Source: an uncultured Alphaproteobacteria bacterium (GTDB lineage: Bacteria > Pseudomonadota > Alphaproteobacteria > HIMB59 > GCA-002718135). Taken from it: a DNA stretch of 64,000 nucleotides. Made by a program: the position numbers and the translations under genes. This document shows, piece by piece, positions 55,356-64,000 of the stretch (its first letter is position 1; the number at the start of each line of letters is the position of its first letter). The stretch is taken from assembly GCA_902571865.1 (NCBI GenBank), contig CACGDO010000002.1, positions 54,960 through 118,959 of the forward strand, read 5' to 3'. The notes under the pieces were generated by a model. That model had not been told where the DNA came from and made no database searches. It saw nothing but the letters and a program-made list of their open reading frames with translations.

Positions 55356-56750
55356 TTAAGAATCTATAAGTCTTTTTAACAATTCAAGATCTTCATTAAA
55401 GTTAACATCAGATAACTTAAGTTCTTCAATTTTTTTAACTGCATGCATTACAGTGGTGTGATCTCTACCACCAAATTTTCTTCCTATTTCTGGTAATGAT
55501 CTAGATGTAATTGATTTTGCTAAATACATAGCAATTTGTCTAGGTCTAGCTACTGATCGTGATCTTCTTGGAGAGTGCATATCTGTAATCCTGATATTAA
55601 AATGTTCAGCAACTTTCTTTTGAATTTCTTCAATAGTGATTTTTTTATTTGATGATTTTAATAAATCCTGAAGAACTAATTGAGCTGTTTCAACTGTGAT
55701 TGCAGTACCAACTAAAGTTGCATGGGCAACTAATCTATTCAATGCCCCCTCCATTTCCCTTACATTAGATATGATTCTGTGAGAAAGGAATTCTAAAACT
55801 TTTGGTGGAATCTCTACACCTCTTTTCTGAGCTTTTTCAATTAGTATACCAAGCCTTAATTCATAAGTAGTTGGGTGAATATCTGCTACAAGTCCACAAC
55901 CAAGTCTAGATTTTAATCTTTCTTGAACTCCATCAAGGTCGGTTGGAGTTTTATCAGCTGAAATTACAATTTGTTTATTCTGTTCTATTAATGCATTAAA
56001 AGTATGAAAAAATTCTTCTTGAGTATTATCTTTACCACTAATGAATTGAACATCATCAATCATTAAAACATCGATGGATCTAAACTGTTCTTTAAATGCA
56101 GACGTATCTTTGTATCTTAGTGCTCTTACAAATTGATACATAAATTTTTCTGCAGATAGATAAATAACTTTTCTTTCAGGGTTTTGTTGTTTGATCTTCC
56201 AACCAATAGCATGCATTAGATGTGTTTTGCCAAGCCCCACGCCTCCACATAAAAATAATGGATTAAATGTTATTTTATTTGCTTCTGAGACTCGCTGAGA
56301 TGCAGCAAATGCTAACTCATTTGGTTTTCCAACAACAAAATTTTCGAATGTGAATCTAGGATCAAGGGGGGCTCCAAATTCATTTGGGTATGTAGATGCC
56401 TGATTAGATCTTAGATCCATACTTGATTTCCAATGATTATCATTACTTTTGATTGTTCTAGTAGTACCAGGAACTATTCTGCCACCAGAAGGTTTTACTA
56501 CGAATTTAATAGTATCTACTTTTTCAGCTATATGCTTTGATTCTCCTTTAATCTTATCAGAGTAATTATTTACTATCCAATCTCTCAAAAATTTAGTTGG
56601 AACAGAGAAAGTTACTGTTGTTTCATGTAAGGAGACATATTTTAAATGTTTTAACCAATTATTGTAAGCTGAGTCACCAACATTTTTCTTTAAATTTTTT
56701 TTAAAAGATAACCATTTACTTTCGTCAATATTAGTAGATGTATTATCCAT
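55356..56750 (-). CDS. dnaA: chromosomal replication initiator protein DnaA
   Basis: 464 aa. AAA+ Walker A GGVGLGKTHLMHAI, and domain IV with GGRDHTTVMHA. Confidence 0.96.
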   Translation of the reverse strand: MDNTSTNIDESKWLSFKKNLKKNVGDSAYNNWLKHLKYVSLHETTVTFSVPTKFLRDWIVNNYSDKIKGESKHIAEKVDTIKFVVKPSGGRIVPGTTRTIKSNDNHWKSSMDLRSNQASTYPNEFGAPLDPRFTFENFVVGKPNELAFAASQRVSEANKITFNPLFLCGGVGLGKTHLMHAIGWKIKQQNPERKVIYLSAEKFMYQFVRALRYKDTSAFKEQFRSIDVLMIDDVQFISGKDNTQEEFFHTFNALIEQNKQIVISADKTPTDLDGVQERLKSRLGCGLVADIHPTTYELRLGILIEKAQKRGVEIPPKVLEFLSHRIISNVREMEGALNRLVAHATLVGTAITVETAQLVLQDLLKSSNKKITIEEIQKKVAEHFNIRITDMHSPRRSRSVARPRQIAMYLAKSITSRSLPEIGRKFGGRDHTTVMHAVKKIEELKLSDVNFNEDLELLKRLIDS

Positions 56751-56894
56751 TTTCCCCCAACATAACGATTTTTCTTAAAAATATTTTACGCAAAAAATCA
56801 AAAGTCGTAAAATTATATCACCAAATTAATTTACTTAATCAACACCCTTTAAGTATTTTTAGCAAGAAGAAAAGTGAAAAAAATTAAAAAAAAA

Positions 56895-57155
56895 TTATTT
56901 TTTTGAAAATTGTTTTGATAAGGAGGATAACTTTCTGGATATGTATTCTCTTTTAAAAATACCTCTTTTTAAACCTCTAGCCATGATTGAGTTGACGCTA
57001 CTAAAGGATTTATGTATTTCTTCCTCATTTTTTGCTTCAACTGATGATTTAAATTTATTTAGAGCGTTTCTAAATTTGGATAAGTATTGAGAATTAACAG
57101 TATTTCTAGTTTTGTTCTGTCTTGATCTTTTTTTTGCTGAAGCATGATTAGCCAT
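56895..57155 (-). CDS. rpsT: 30S ribosomal protein S20
   Basis: 86 aa, MANHASAKKRSRQN... It is adjacent to dnaA, as in many alphaproteobacteria. Confidence 0.93.
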   Translation of the reverse strand: MANHASAKKRSRQNKTRNTVNSQYLSKFRNALNKFKSSVEAKNEEEIHKSFSSVNSIMARGLKRGIFKREYISRKLSSLSKQFSKK

Positions 57156-57207
57156 AGGTGTGCTATAAATTCAAAATATATTAAGTCAATTAATATTTAA
57201 TGTTGAA

Positions 57208-58026
57208 TTACTTATTATTTTGGAGTTTTGGGCAGTAAAAAGTTGATCTTCCATACTGAACTATCTTTTTAACCTTATCAGTGCCAATTTTCATTCCCTC
57301 TTTATTATATACTCTAAAATTTGACTGAAAACTTCCTAATGTTCCATCTATAGATCTATAATCTCTTATACTAGACCCTCCATATCTTATTGCTTTCTTC
57401 AAAATTTTTTTTATTGACTTAATTAGTTTCGAAATGAGACTAATTTTTAAATCTTTACCCAAAATTAGAGGTGAGATTCTGGCATCAAATAAAATTTCAG
57501 AAGCATATATATTTCCAATACCAGCTATTATTTTTTGGTTGAGTAAAATCTGTTTTATAGGTACTTCAGATTTTGAAATTTTTTCAAATATCATTTGAGG
57601 TTTAAGATTTGGACTCAAAGCATCAACGCCCAGACTCAAAATATAATTTTGTTTTTGAAGATCTTTTGTTTTTACTATGTCTATAAAGCCAAATTTCCTT
57701 GGATCATGATAAATAAGTATCTTTTTACTTAAAAAATATAGAACAATATGATCATGTTTTATTCTTTTGTAGGCTGATGAAGCAGTTTTTAGTCTTCCAG
57801 ACATTCCTAAATGTATTACAAGAGAATAATTAATATCTAAATCTATGATAATGAACTTTGCTATTCGTCTTAGGTTGGATATCTTGGAGTTACGTAGTAT
57901 ATTACTTATATTATTAGGAATTTTAAAACGTAGTTTTGTTGTATGAATTTTGACATAAGATATTTTTTGATTCAATATTACACAGAGTCCTCTAACTGTA
58001 GTTTCAACTTCAGGTAATTCTGGCAT
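57208..58026 (-). CDS. mutM: formamidopyrimidine-DNA glycosylase (Fpg/MutM) with a degenerate, probably zinc-less, finger
   Basis: 272 aa. Catalytic N-terminus MPELPEVE and an H2TH region. The C-terminal finger region retains only one of the four canonical cysteines. Confidence 0.9.
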   Translation of the reverse strand: MPELPEVETTVRGLCVILNQKISYVKIHTTKLRFKIPNNISNILRNSKISNLRRIAKFIIIDLDINYSLVIHLGMSGRLKTASSAYKRIKHDHIVLYFLSKKILIYHDPRKFGFIDIVKTKDLQKQNYILSLGVDALSPNLKPQMIFEKISKSEVPIKQILLNQKIIAGIGNIYASEILFDARISPLILGKDLKISLISKLIKSIKKILKKAIRYGGSSIRDYRSIDGTLGSFQSNFRVYNKEGMKIGTDKVKKIVQYGRSTFYCPKLQNNK

Positions 58027-58027
58027 A

Positions 58028-58759
58028 ATGAAAAAAGATTATAATTTTGGTTATACAAAAGTAAACTCAAAACAAAAGACTAAACTTGTTCAGAATGTAT
58101 TTTCAAGTGTAGCTCCAAGCTACGATATAATGAATGATTTAATGAGCTTAGGCATGCATCGATTATGGAAAAAAAGATTTGTAGAGATAATGGACATAAA
58201 AGGAAATGAAATTATCTTGGATGTTGGTTCTGGCTCTGGTGATATTGCCAGTGAAATCTTAAAAGAAAATTTATCAACATATCTTTATCTTTTAGATCTA
58301 AATGAGGAAATGTTATTAGAAGGGAGAAAAAGATTAAAAAAAGAGAAAAATATAAAGTATTTTATTGGCAATGCAGAAAAATTAAATTTTGAAAGCAATT
58401 TTTTTGATAAGTATGCAATATCATTTTGCCTAAGAAATGTAACAGAATATCTTTCATCTTTAAAAGAAGCCTACAGAGTTCTTAAACCTGGTGGAAAATA
58501 TTGTTGTTTAGAATTTAGTACGCCTAAGTCAACTTTGGTATCAAGTTCATATAAAATTTACAAATCAAAAATCTTACCTCTGTTAGGAGAAATAGTTGCT
58601 AAAGATAAAAATGCTTATAAGTATTTAAGTGAAAGTATTGATTTATTTCCATCACAAGAAGAGCTTAGCAAAAATCTACATGATTGTGGATTTACTAAAG
58701 TCAAGACTATTAATCTATTTAATGGAATTGTGGCTATACACACTGGTTACAAATTGTAG
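58028..58759 (+). CDS. ubiE: demethylmenaquinone/ubiquinone C-methyltransferase UbiE
   Basis: 243 aa. YDIMNDLMSLGMHRLWK and the SAM motif LDVGSGSGD. The start codon is 1 nt from the divergent mutM start. Confidence 0.92.
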   Translation: MKKDYNFGYTKVNSKQKTKLVQNVFSSVAPSYDIMNDLMSLGMHRLWKKRFVEIMDIKGNEIILDVGSGSGDIASEILKENLSTYLYLLDLNEEMLLEGRKRLKKEKNIKYFIGNAEKLNFESNFFDKYAISFCLRNVTEYLSSLKEAYRVLKPGGKYCCLEFSTPKSTLVSSSYKIYKSKILPLLGEIVAKDKNAYKYLSESIDLFPSQEELSKNLHDCGFTKVKTINLFNGIVAIHTGYKL

Positions 58760-59928
58760 TGAATAAAGTTTTATTAATAATAACTGGCTCTATTGCTGCA
58801 TCCAAGTGTAAAGAAATTATTACTTTGCTAAATAATAATGAAGTTATGATTAGCTGTATTCTAACTAACGAGGCAAAGAAATATGCAAAAATATTAGATA
58901 TAAAAACATTACTTAAAAATAGAATATTTACTGATGAAGATGAGAAAAAAAATAAGATGCTACATATTAATTTATCAAGAGGTAATGATATAATAGTAGT
59001 GTGTCCAGCTACAGCTAATTCTATTGCAAAATTTGCTAATGGATATGGAAATAATTTAGCTTCTAATACGTTGCTTGCTGCAAATAAAAAAATTTTGTTT
59101 GTCCCCGCAATGAATAGTTTTATGTGGCATAATAAAATTAATCAAAAAAATGTGAGATTATTAAAAGATAATGGTCATGAGTTTATTGGTCCAAAAGTTG
59201 GAAATCTAAAATGTGGAGAATTTGGTTTAGGAAGAATTGATAACTCAAAAAATATAGTAAATAAAATTTTAAGCAGATTAGAAAATATTAATTTATTAAA
59301 AGGTAAAAAATGCCTAGTAACTGCAGGACCTACAATTGAAATGATTGATCCAGTTAGATTTATTTCTAATCAATCTTCTGGAAAACAAGGCTATGAAATT
59401 GCTTCACAACTAGTTTTATATGGAGCGAATGTAACCTTGATATCTGGACCAACAAAATTAGATCCTCCACCAAATTTGAAATTTATTCAAATAAAATCAG
59501 CAAACGAAATGTATCAAAAAATTAGAAAAATTTCTAAAATTGATATTGGAATTTTTACTGCTGCAGTATCTGATTTCAAAAATAATAATATCTATAAATC
59601 CAAGATTAAAAAGAATAAAAAATTAAATATTAGTCTTCATAAGAATATTGATGTTTTAGAAAAAATCGGAAAAAGTAAAACTCAAAGGCCTACATATTTA
59701 GTAGGTTTTGCAGCTGAAACAGGAGGCATTAATAATGCTAAAAAAAAACTAGCAAATAAAAATTGTGATATGATTGTTTACAATAAAATCGATAGTAAAA
59801 ATAAAGTTTTTGGTTCAGATTATAATCAAATATCGATAATTACAAAAAACCAGATAAAAAAATTTAAGAAAATGACAAAGGTAAATTGTGCAAAACAAAT
59901 TATAAAACAAATTTATAATACTTTATAG
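58759..59928 (+). CDS. coaBC: bifunctional phosphopantothenoylcysteine decarboxylase / synthetase
   Basis: 389 aa with a GTG start overlapping the ubiE stop. Flavoprotein domain PAMNSFMW and CoaB motif SSGKQG. Confidence 0.92.
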   Translation: MNKVLLIITGSIAASKCKEIITLLNNNEVMISCILTNEAKKYAKILDIKTLLKNRIFTDEDEKKNKMLHINLSRGNDIIVVCPATANSIAKFANGYGNNLASNTLLAANKKILFVPAMNSFMWHNKINQKNVRLLKDNGHEFIGPKVGNLKCGEFGLGRIDNSKNIVNKILSRLENINLLKGKKCLVTAGPTIEMIDPVRFISNQSSGKQGYEIASQLVLYGANVTLISGPTKLDPPPNLKFIQIKSANEMYQKIRKISKIDIGIFTAAVSDFKNNNIYKSKIKKNKKLNISLHKNIDVLEKIGKSKTQRPTYLVGFAAETGGINNAKKKLANKNCDMIVYNKIDSKNKVFGSDYNQISIITKNQIKKFKKMTKVNCAKQIIKQIYNTL

Positions 59929-59932
59929 AATT

Positions 59933-60685
59933 ATGAATGATTACTCTGAGGAAGAATATAAAATTTTTAGCAGGTTATTTATTTTAAACGAATTTTCTGA
60001 AGAAAACCTAAAAAAATTATCTAACATAAAAATTGGTATTGTTGGTATGGGAGGTATAGGATGTCCTTTAGGTCAATATTTAGTAAACTCTGGAATTAAA
60101 GAATTATTAATAGTAGATGGAGATATTGTTGAAAAAAGTAATCTTAATAGACAAATTTTGTTTAATTTAAATGATATTGGAAAAAAAAAGGTTGATGTAG
60201 CAAAATATAAATTAAAATTAATTAATACTGAATGTAAAATTAATACTATTGATGAGAATATTAACTCTTTAAATTTAAATTTTTTAAAAGAATGTTCTAT
60301 AATTGTTGATGCAACTGATGATTGGTTCAGTTCTAAATTATTAAATGAATATTGCCTTAAGAACTCAATCAATTTTTTATATTCCTCTGCATTAAGACAC
60401 GATTTACAAATAATTCTTTTCAATAATGCGAATAAAAATAATCATCTATGTTTAAATTGTATCTTTCCTAACAAAGATGATATTGATCTTCCAAGATGTA
60501 GTGTAGTAGGTATTTCAGGCATTTCTGCAGGGTTAGCAGGTTTGATTACTGCTCAAAAAATAATTAATTTCTATTTAAATTTAAAGGATGAAACTAATAT
60601 AATGACAATTTCCGATGGAAAAAAATTAAGCATTGAAAATATTGTTATTAAAAGTAAACATAATTGTTATTTAAAATCAGTTTAA
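59933..60685 (+). CDS. ThiF/MoeB/HesA-family adenylyltransferase (E1-like)
   Basis: 250 aa. Nucleotide-binding GMGGIGCPLGQYL, NLNRQ and DATDD motifs. Only a partial Cys set is present (CLNC ... RC). Confidence 0.72.
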   Translation: MNDYSEEEYKIFSRLFILNEFSEENLKKLSNIKIGIVGMGGIGCPLGQYLVNSGIKELLIVDGDIVEKSNLNRQILFNLNDIGKKKVDVAKYKLKLINTECKINTIDENINSLNLNFLKECSIIVDATDDWFSSKLLNEYCLKNSINFLYSSALRHDLQIILFNNANKNNHLCLNCIFPNKDDIDLPRCSVVGISGISAGLAGLITAQKIINFYLNLKDETNIMTISDGKKLSIENIVIKSKHNCYLKSV

Positions 60686-60724
60686 GTTAATTGATAAATA
60701 CATAAAAAAAGTTTAATTAAAATT

Positions 60725-61231
60725 ATGAAACAAAATTCATTTACCTACGATCAATTAATTGATTGTGCAAAAGGTGATCTTTTTGGAAAAGGGAATGCTC
60801 AACTTCCAATGCCTCCTCTGTTAATGTTTGATAGAATTACTTCAATAAATGATACTGGTGGAGAATTTTCTAAAGGTGAGGTTATTGCAGAACTAGATAT
60901 TAAGGAAGACTTATGGTTTTTTGAATGTCATTTTAAAGATGATCCCGTAATGCCAGGTTGTTTAGGTTTGGATGCTATGTGGCAATTACTTGGTTTTTAT
61001 TTAGGATGGCTTGGTCAACCAGGCAAAGGTAGAGCTTTAGGAGTTGGTGAAGTTAAGTTTACCGGTCAGGTATTACAAAAAGTCAAAAAAGTAACTTACC
61101 AAATATCTCTTAAAAGACTCATACTAAGAAAATTGATTTTAGGAGTTGGAGATGGTGTTTTAAAAGCTGACGGTGAAACAATTTATGAAGCTAAAGATAT
61201 GAAAGTCGGTTTATTTTTACCTGAGCAATAA
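60725..61231 (+). CDS. fabA: 3-hydroxydecanoyl-ACP dehydratase/isomerase
   Basis: 168 aa. Active site [21 protein letters not shown]. Confidence 0.95.
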   Translation: MKQNSFTYDQLIDCAKGDLFGKGNAQLPMPPLLMFDRITSINDTGGEFSKGEVIAELDIKEDLWFFECHFKDDPVMPGCLGLDAMWQLLGFYLGWLGQPGKGRALGVGEVKFTGQVLQKVKKVTYQISLKRLILRKLILGVGDGVLKADGETIYEAKDMKVGLFLPEQ

Positions 61232-61234
61232 GTA

Positions 61235-62452
61235 ATGAATAGAGTAGTAGTAACAGGATTAGGTATAGTATCATGTATTGGTAATAATCAATCGCATGTT
61301 ATAGACAGTCTTAAAAATTTAAAATCTGGGATAACAAGTGCAGAAGAGTATGAGGAATTTTCTTTTAGAAGTCTTGTACACGGTAAACCAAATATAGATA
61401 TTAGTAACGAAATTGATAGAAGATTATTAAGGTTTATGGGTGATGGAGCTGCCTACAACTATATTGCGATGAAAGATGCTATAGACGACTCAGGGCTAGA
61501 GGATGGTGATATTTCAAATGAAATGACTGGTATAATTGTTGGTTCAGGTGGTCCATCTACACAAAATTTATTTAAGTCTTCTGAAATTGGAAAGAGTTCG
61601 GGTTCAAAAAAAATTGGACCATTTATGGTGCCAAGAGCAATGTCTAGTACAAATTCTGCAACTCTCGCAACTCCTTTTAAAATTAAAGGAGTTAACTATT
61701 CAATTACTTCAGCATGTTCTACAAGTTCACATTGTATTGGTAATGCGTACGAACTAATTCAGATGGGAAAACAAAATATTGTTTTTGCTGGAGGAGGTGA
61801 AGAGCTCCATTGGACTTTATCAATTTTATTTGATGCAATGGGTGCTTTGTCATCAAAATATAATTCTACTCCAAACAAATCTTCAAGGGCATACGATGCA
61901 GATAGAGATGGATTTGTAATTGCTGGTGGGGGTGGAACTTTAGTACTTGAAGAGTTAGAGCATGCAAAAGCTAGAGGTGCTAAAATATATGGTGAAATAA
62001 CAGGATATGGAGCAACTTCAGATGGATACGATATGGTACAGCCTTCTGGAGAAGGAGCAGAAAGATGCATGAAGCAAGCATTAAAAAATATTGATGGTAA
62101 TATTGATTATATAAATACACATGGAACAAGCACTCCAATAGGAGATGTAAAAGAATTGGAAGCAATCAAAAATGTTTTTGGCTCAAATATTCCTAAAATG
62201 AGTTCAACAAAATCTTTGACTGGTCATTCTTTAGGTGCAACTGGTGTGCATGAAGCAATTTATAGTTTATTGATGATGAAAAATAATTTTATTTGTGGTT
62301 CTGCTAATATTGAAAATCTCGATGATAGTGCCAAAGATTGTAATATTCTTTTAAAAACGGAAAATGAGGTTGAAATTGAGCATGTTATGTCTAATAGTTT
62401 TGGTTTTGGTGGTACAAATGCAACATTAGTATTTTCAAAATATCATGCTTAA
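61235..62452 (+). CDS. fabB: 3-oxoacyl-ACP synthase I
   Basis: 405 aa. Active Cys [13 protein letters not shown], with His motifs HGTSTPIGD and GHSLGATG. Confidence 0.93.
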   Translation: MNRVVVTGLGIVSCIGNNQSHVIDSLKNLKSGITSAEEYEEFSFRSLVHGKPNIDISNEIDRRLLRFMGDGAAYNYIAMKDAIDDSGLEDGDISNEMTGIIVGSGGPSTQNLFKSSEIGKSSGSKKIGPFMVPRAMSSTNSATLATPFKIKGVNYSITSACSTSSHCIGNAYELIQMGKQNIVFAGGGEELHWTLSILFDAMGALSSKYNSTPNKSSRAYDADRDGFVIAGGGGTLVLEELEHAKARGAKIYGEITGYGATSDGYDMVQPSGEGAERCMKQALKNIDGNIDYINTHGTSTPIGDVKELEAIKNVFGSNIPKMSSTKSLTGHSLGATGVHEAIYSLLMMKNNFICGSANIENLDDSAKDCNILLKTENEVEIEHVMSNSFGFGGTNATLVFSKYHA

Positions 62453-63218
62453 AAATAAAAAAGGTTTAGTATTTGGTATTGCAAATAATCATTCAATTGC
62501 ATGGGGAATAGCAAAACAACTAGCTGAAAATGGTGCTGAAATAGCCATTGGTTATCAAAATGAAATATTATTGAAGAGGGTGAAACCACTTTCTGAAGAA
62601 ATTAATTCAAAAATATTAATAGAATGTGATTTTAATAATGATGACTCAATAAACAAATCTGTAGATATTATAAAAAAAGAGTGGGGCACAATTGATTTTA
62701 TAATTCATGCTGTTGCATTTGCAGATAAGTCAGAATTAAATGGTAGATATGTTGATACTTCAAAGGATAATTTTATTAATTGTTTGGAAATATCATGTTT
62801 TTCTTTAACTAGTCTTGCAAGATATTTTGAGCCTATAATGAATGATGGAGGAAGTATTCTTACCCTTACTTTTTATGGGTCAAATAAAGTAATACCAAAT
62901 TACAATTTAATGGGAATTGCAAAAGCTGCATTAGAAACTAGTGTAAAATACTTGAGTGTTGATTTAGGCACAAAAAATATTCGTGTTAATGCAATCTCAG
63001 CAGGACCTATGAGAACAATTGCTGGCGCAGCAATAAATAATGCAAGAGAAGTGTTTAAATTTACAGAAGAACATTCAGCATTGAAACGAAATGCAAAACT
63101 AGATGAAATTGGTAAATCTGCTTTATACTTTGTTAGTGATTTATCTTCTGCAGTTACTGGTGAAATACATTATGTTGACTGTGGTTACAATATTATTGGA
63201 ATGCCCAATAAGTTCTAA
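62445..63218 (+). CDS. fabI: enoyl-ACP reductase (NADH) FabI
   Basis: 257 aa. [13 protein letters not shown] and the Tyr/Lys region [11 protein letters not shown]. fabA-fabB-fabI cluster. Confidence 0.95.
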   Translation: MLKNKKGLVFGIANNHSIAWGIAKQLAENGAEIAIGYQNEILLKRVKPLSEEINSKILIECDFNNDDSINKSVDIIKKEWGTIDFIIHAVAFADKSELNGRYVDTSKDNFINCLEISCFSLTSLARYFEPIMNDGGSILTLTFYGSNKVIPNYNLMGIAKAALETSVKYLSVDLGTKNIRVNAISAGPMRTIAGAAINNAREVFKFTEEHSALKRNAKLDEIGKSALYFVSDLSSAVTGEIHYVDCGYNIIGMPNKF

Positions 63219-63970
63219 AATTTTCCCAACAAATCTAAAGGATTATCAACAAAAATACTATCAACACCTATGGAGAAAATATCAGTAGCGCTAGATAAAT
63301 TTATATTTTTATCTGAATAAACAGTTATTGCCATATTGGATTTTTTAATTTTTTTTATAATATCAGCAGTGACAAGATCTATATTTAATCCACAAATTTT
63401 TAAATCATGATTAATTGATATGCTAATCAAATCATCAATATTATATTCTTTAAAATCATCTAATAAAAAACTACGTATAGATTGAGGGTAAAGTTTTGAA
63501 ATTTCTAAAATAGAAATAATATCAAATGAGGAGAAAAAAATATCTATTTGATTAATATTTTTAGTAATTTTATATATTTGATAAACATTTTCTTTTTCAA
63601 AATTTTTATTGGGTTTTAATTCGATATTTAAATTACCATTATTGTTAGTACACAAACTAAGAATATCTTCTAACTTTGGAACAAAAATATTTGTATTTTC
63701 TTTATAAAAAAATTTTCCCGCATCAAGTTTTTTTATGTTCTCATAATCATAATCAATTGCAAGCCCACTGCCGTCAGTAGTTCTATCAAGTGTGTCATCA
63801 TGTAGTAAAATTGGAACCCTGTCTTTAGAAATCTTAACATCTATTTCTACAAAACTTAAACCTAAATCAAATGCCTTAAAGATAGATTCTAAAGTGTTTT
63901 CTGGACACAGATCTTTTACACCTCTGTGCCCAATTAATTTAGGTAATTTAAGCGTTTTCTTCTGCGTCAA
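63215..63970 (-). CDS. ugpQ: glycerophosphodiester phosphodiesterase (cytoplasmic UgpQ-like)
   Basis: 251 aa with a TTG start. GDPD motifs LIGHRGV, EIDVKISKD and LHDDTLDRTT. The stop overlaps the fabI stop (CTAA). Confidence 0.82.
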   Translation of the reverse strand: MTQKKTLKLPKLIGHRGVKDLCPENTLESIFKAFDLGLSFVEIDVKISKDRVPILLHDDTLDRTTDGSGLAIDYDYENIKKLDAGKFFYKENTNIFVPKLEDILSLCTNNNGNLNIELKPNKNFEKENVYQIYKITKNINQIDIFFSSFDIISILEISKLYPQSIRSFLLDDFKEYNIDDLISISINHDLKICGLNIDLVTADIIKKIKKSNMAITVYSDKNINLSSATDIFSIGVDSIFVDNPLDLLGKF

Positions 63971-64000
63971 CTGCTTTCATAGAAAGTTTTATTTTTCCTC

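Overview
This window is a contiguous, almost gap-free stretch of chromosome from a very AT-rich (roughly 70% A+T by eye), strongly streamlined alphaproteobacterium. The gene content, the alphaproteobacterial synteny blocks (infC-rpmI-rplT-pheST; aroA-cmk-rpsA-ihfB-pyrF-trpFBA-accD-folC | trxA; chvI-chvG...ahcY; regB-regA; rpsT-dnaA; mutM | ubiE; fabA-fabB-fabI) and the extreme gene packing look like SAR11/Pelagibacterales. That assignment is an inference and was not tested. I support about 62 protein genes and one tRNA-Ser. I see no rRNA, CRISPR array, transposase, integrase or prophage genes. About 25 neighbouring gene pairs overlap by 1-29 nt, and only three intergenic gaps exceed 140 bp. 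I did not find a convincing novel multi-gene system, because most of the window is core housekeeping. The observations that the ORF track does not explain are listed here. (1) A perfect 110-bp inverted repeat brackets the 3' half of an O-antigen-ligase-like gene, next to a frameshifted mini-copy of that gene on the other strand. (2) The class Ia ribonucleotide reductase operon is eukaryote-like, carries an extra N-terminal ATP-cone, and includes a glutaredoxin whose C-terminal tail copies the NrdB tail. (3) An unlisted 42-codon, very basic, ArfA-like ORF fills the gap between polA and the nrd operon. (4) A +1 frame break at an A7 run cuts off the conserved C-terminus of gltB. (5) An Fpg/MutM protein has lost three of the four zinc-finger cysteines. 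(6) Several clean deletions relative to the conserved alphaproteobacterial backbone leave chvI-chvG translationally coupled to ahcY-metK. All homology statements come from reading the translations and from memory of family motifs. No searches were run.
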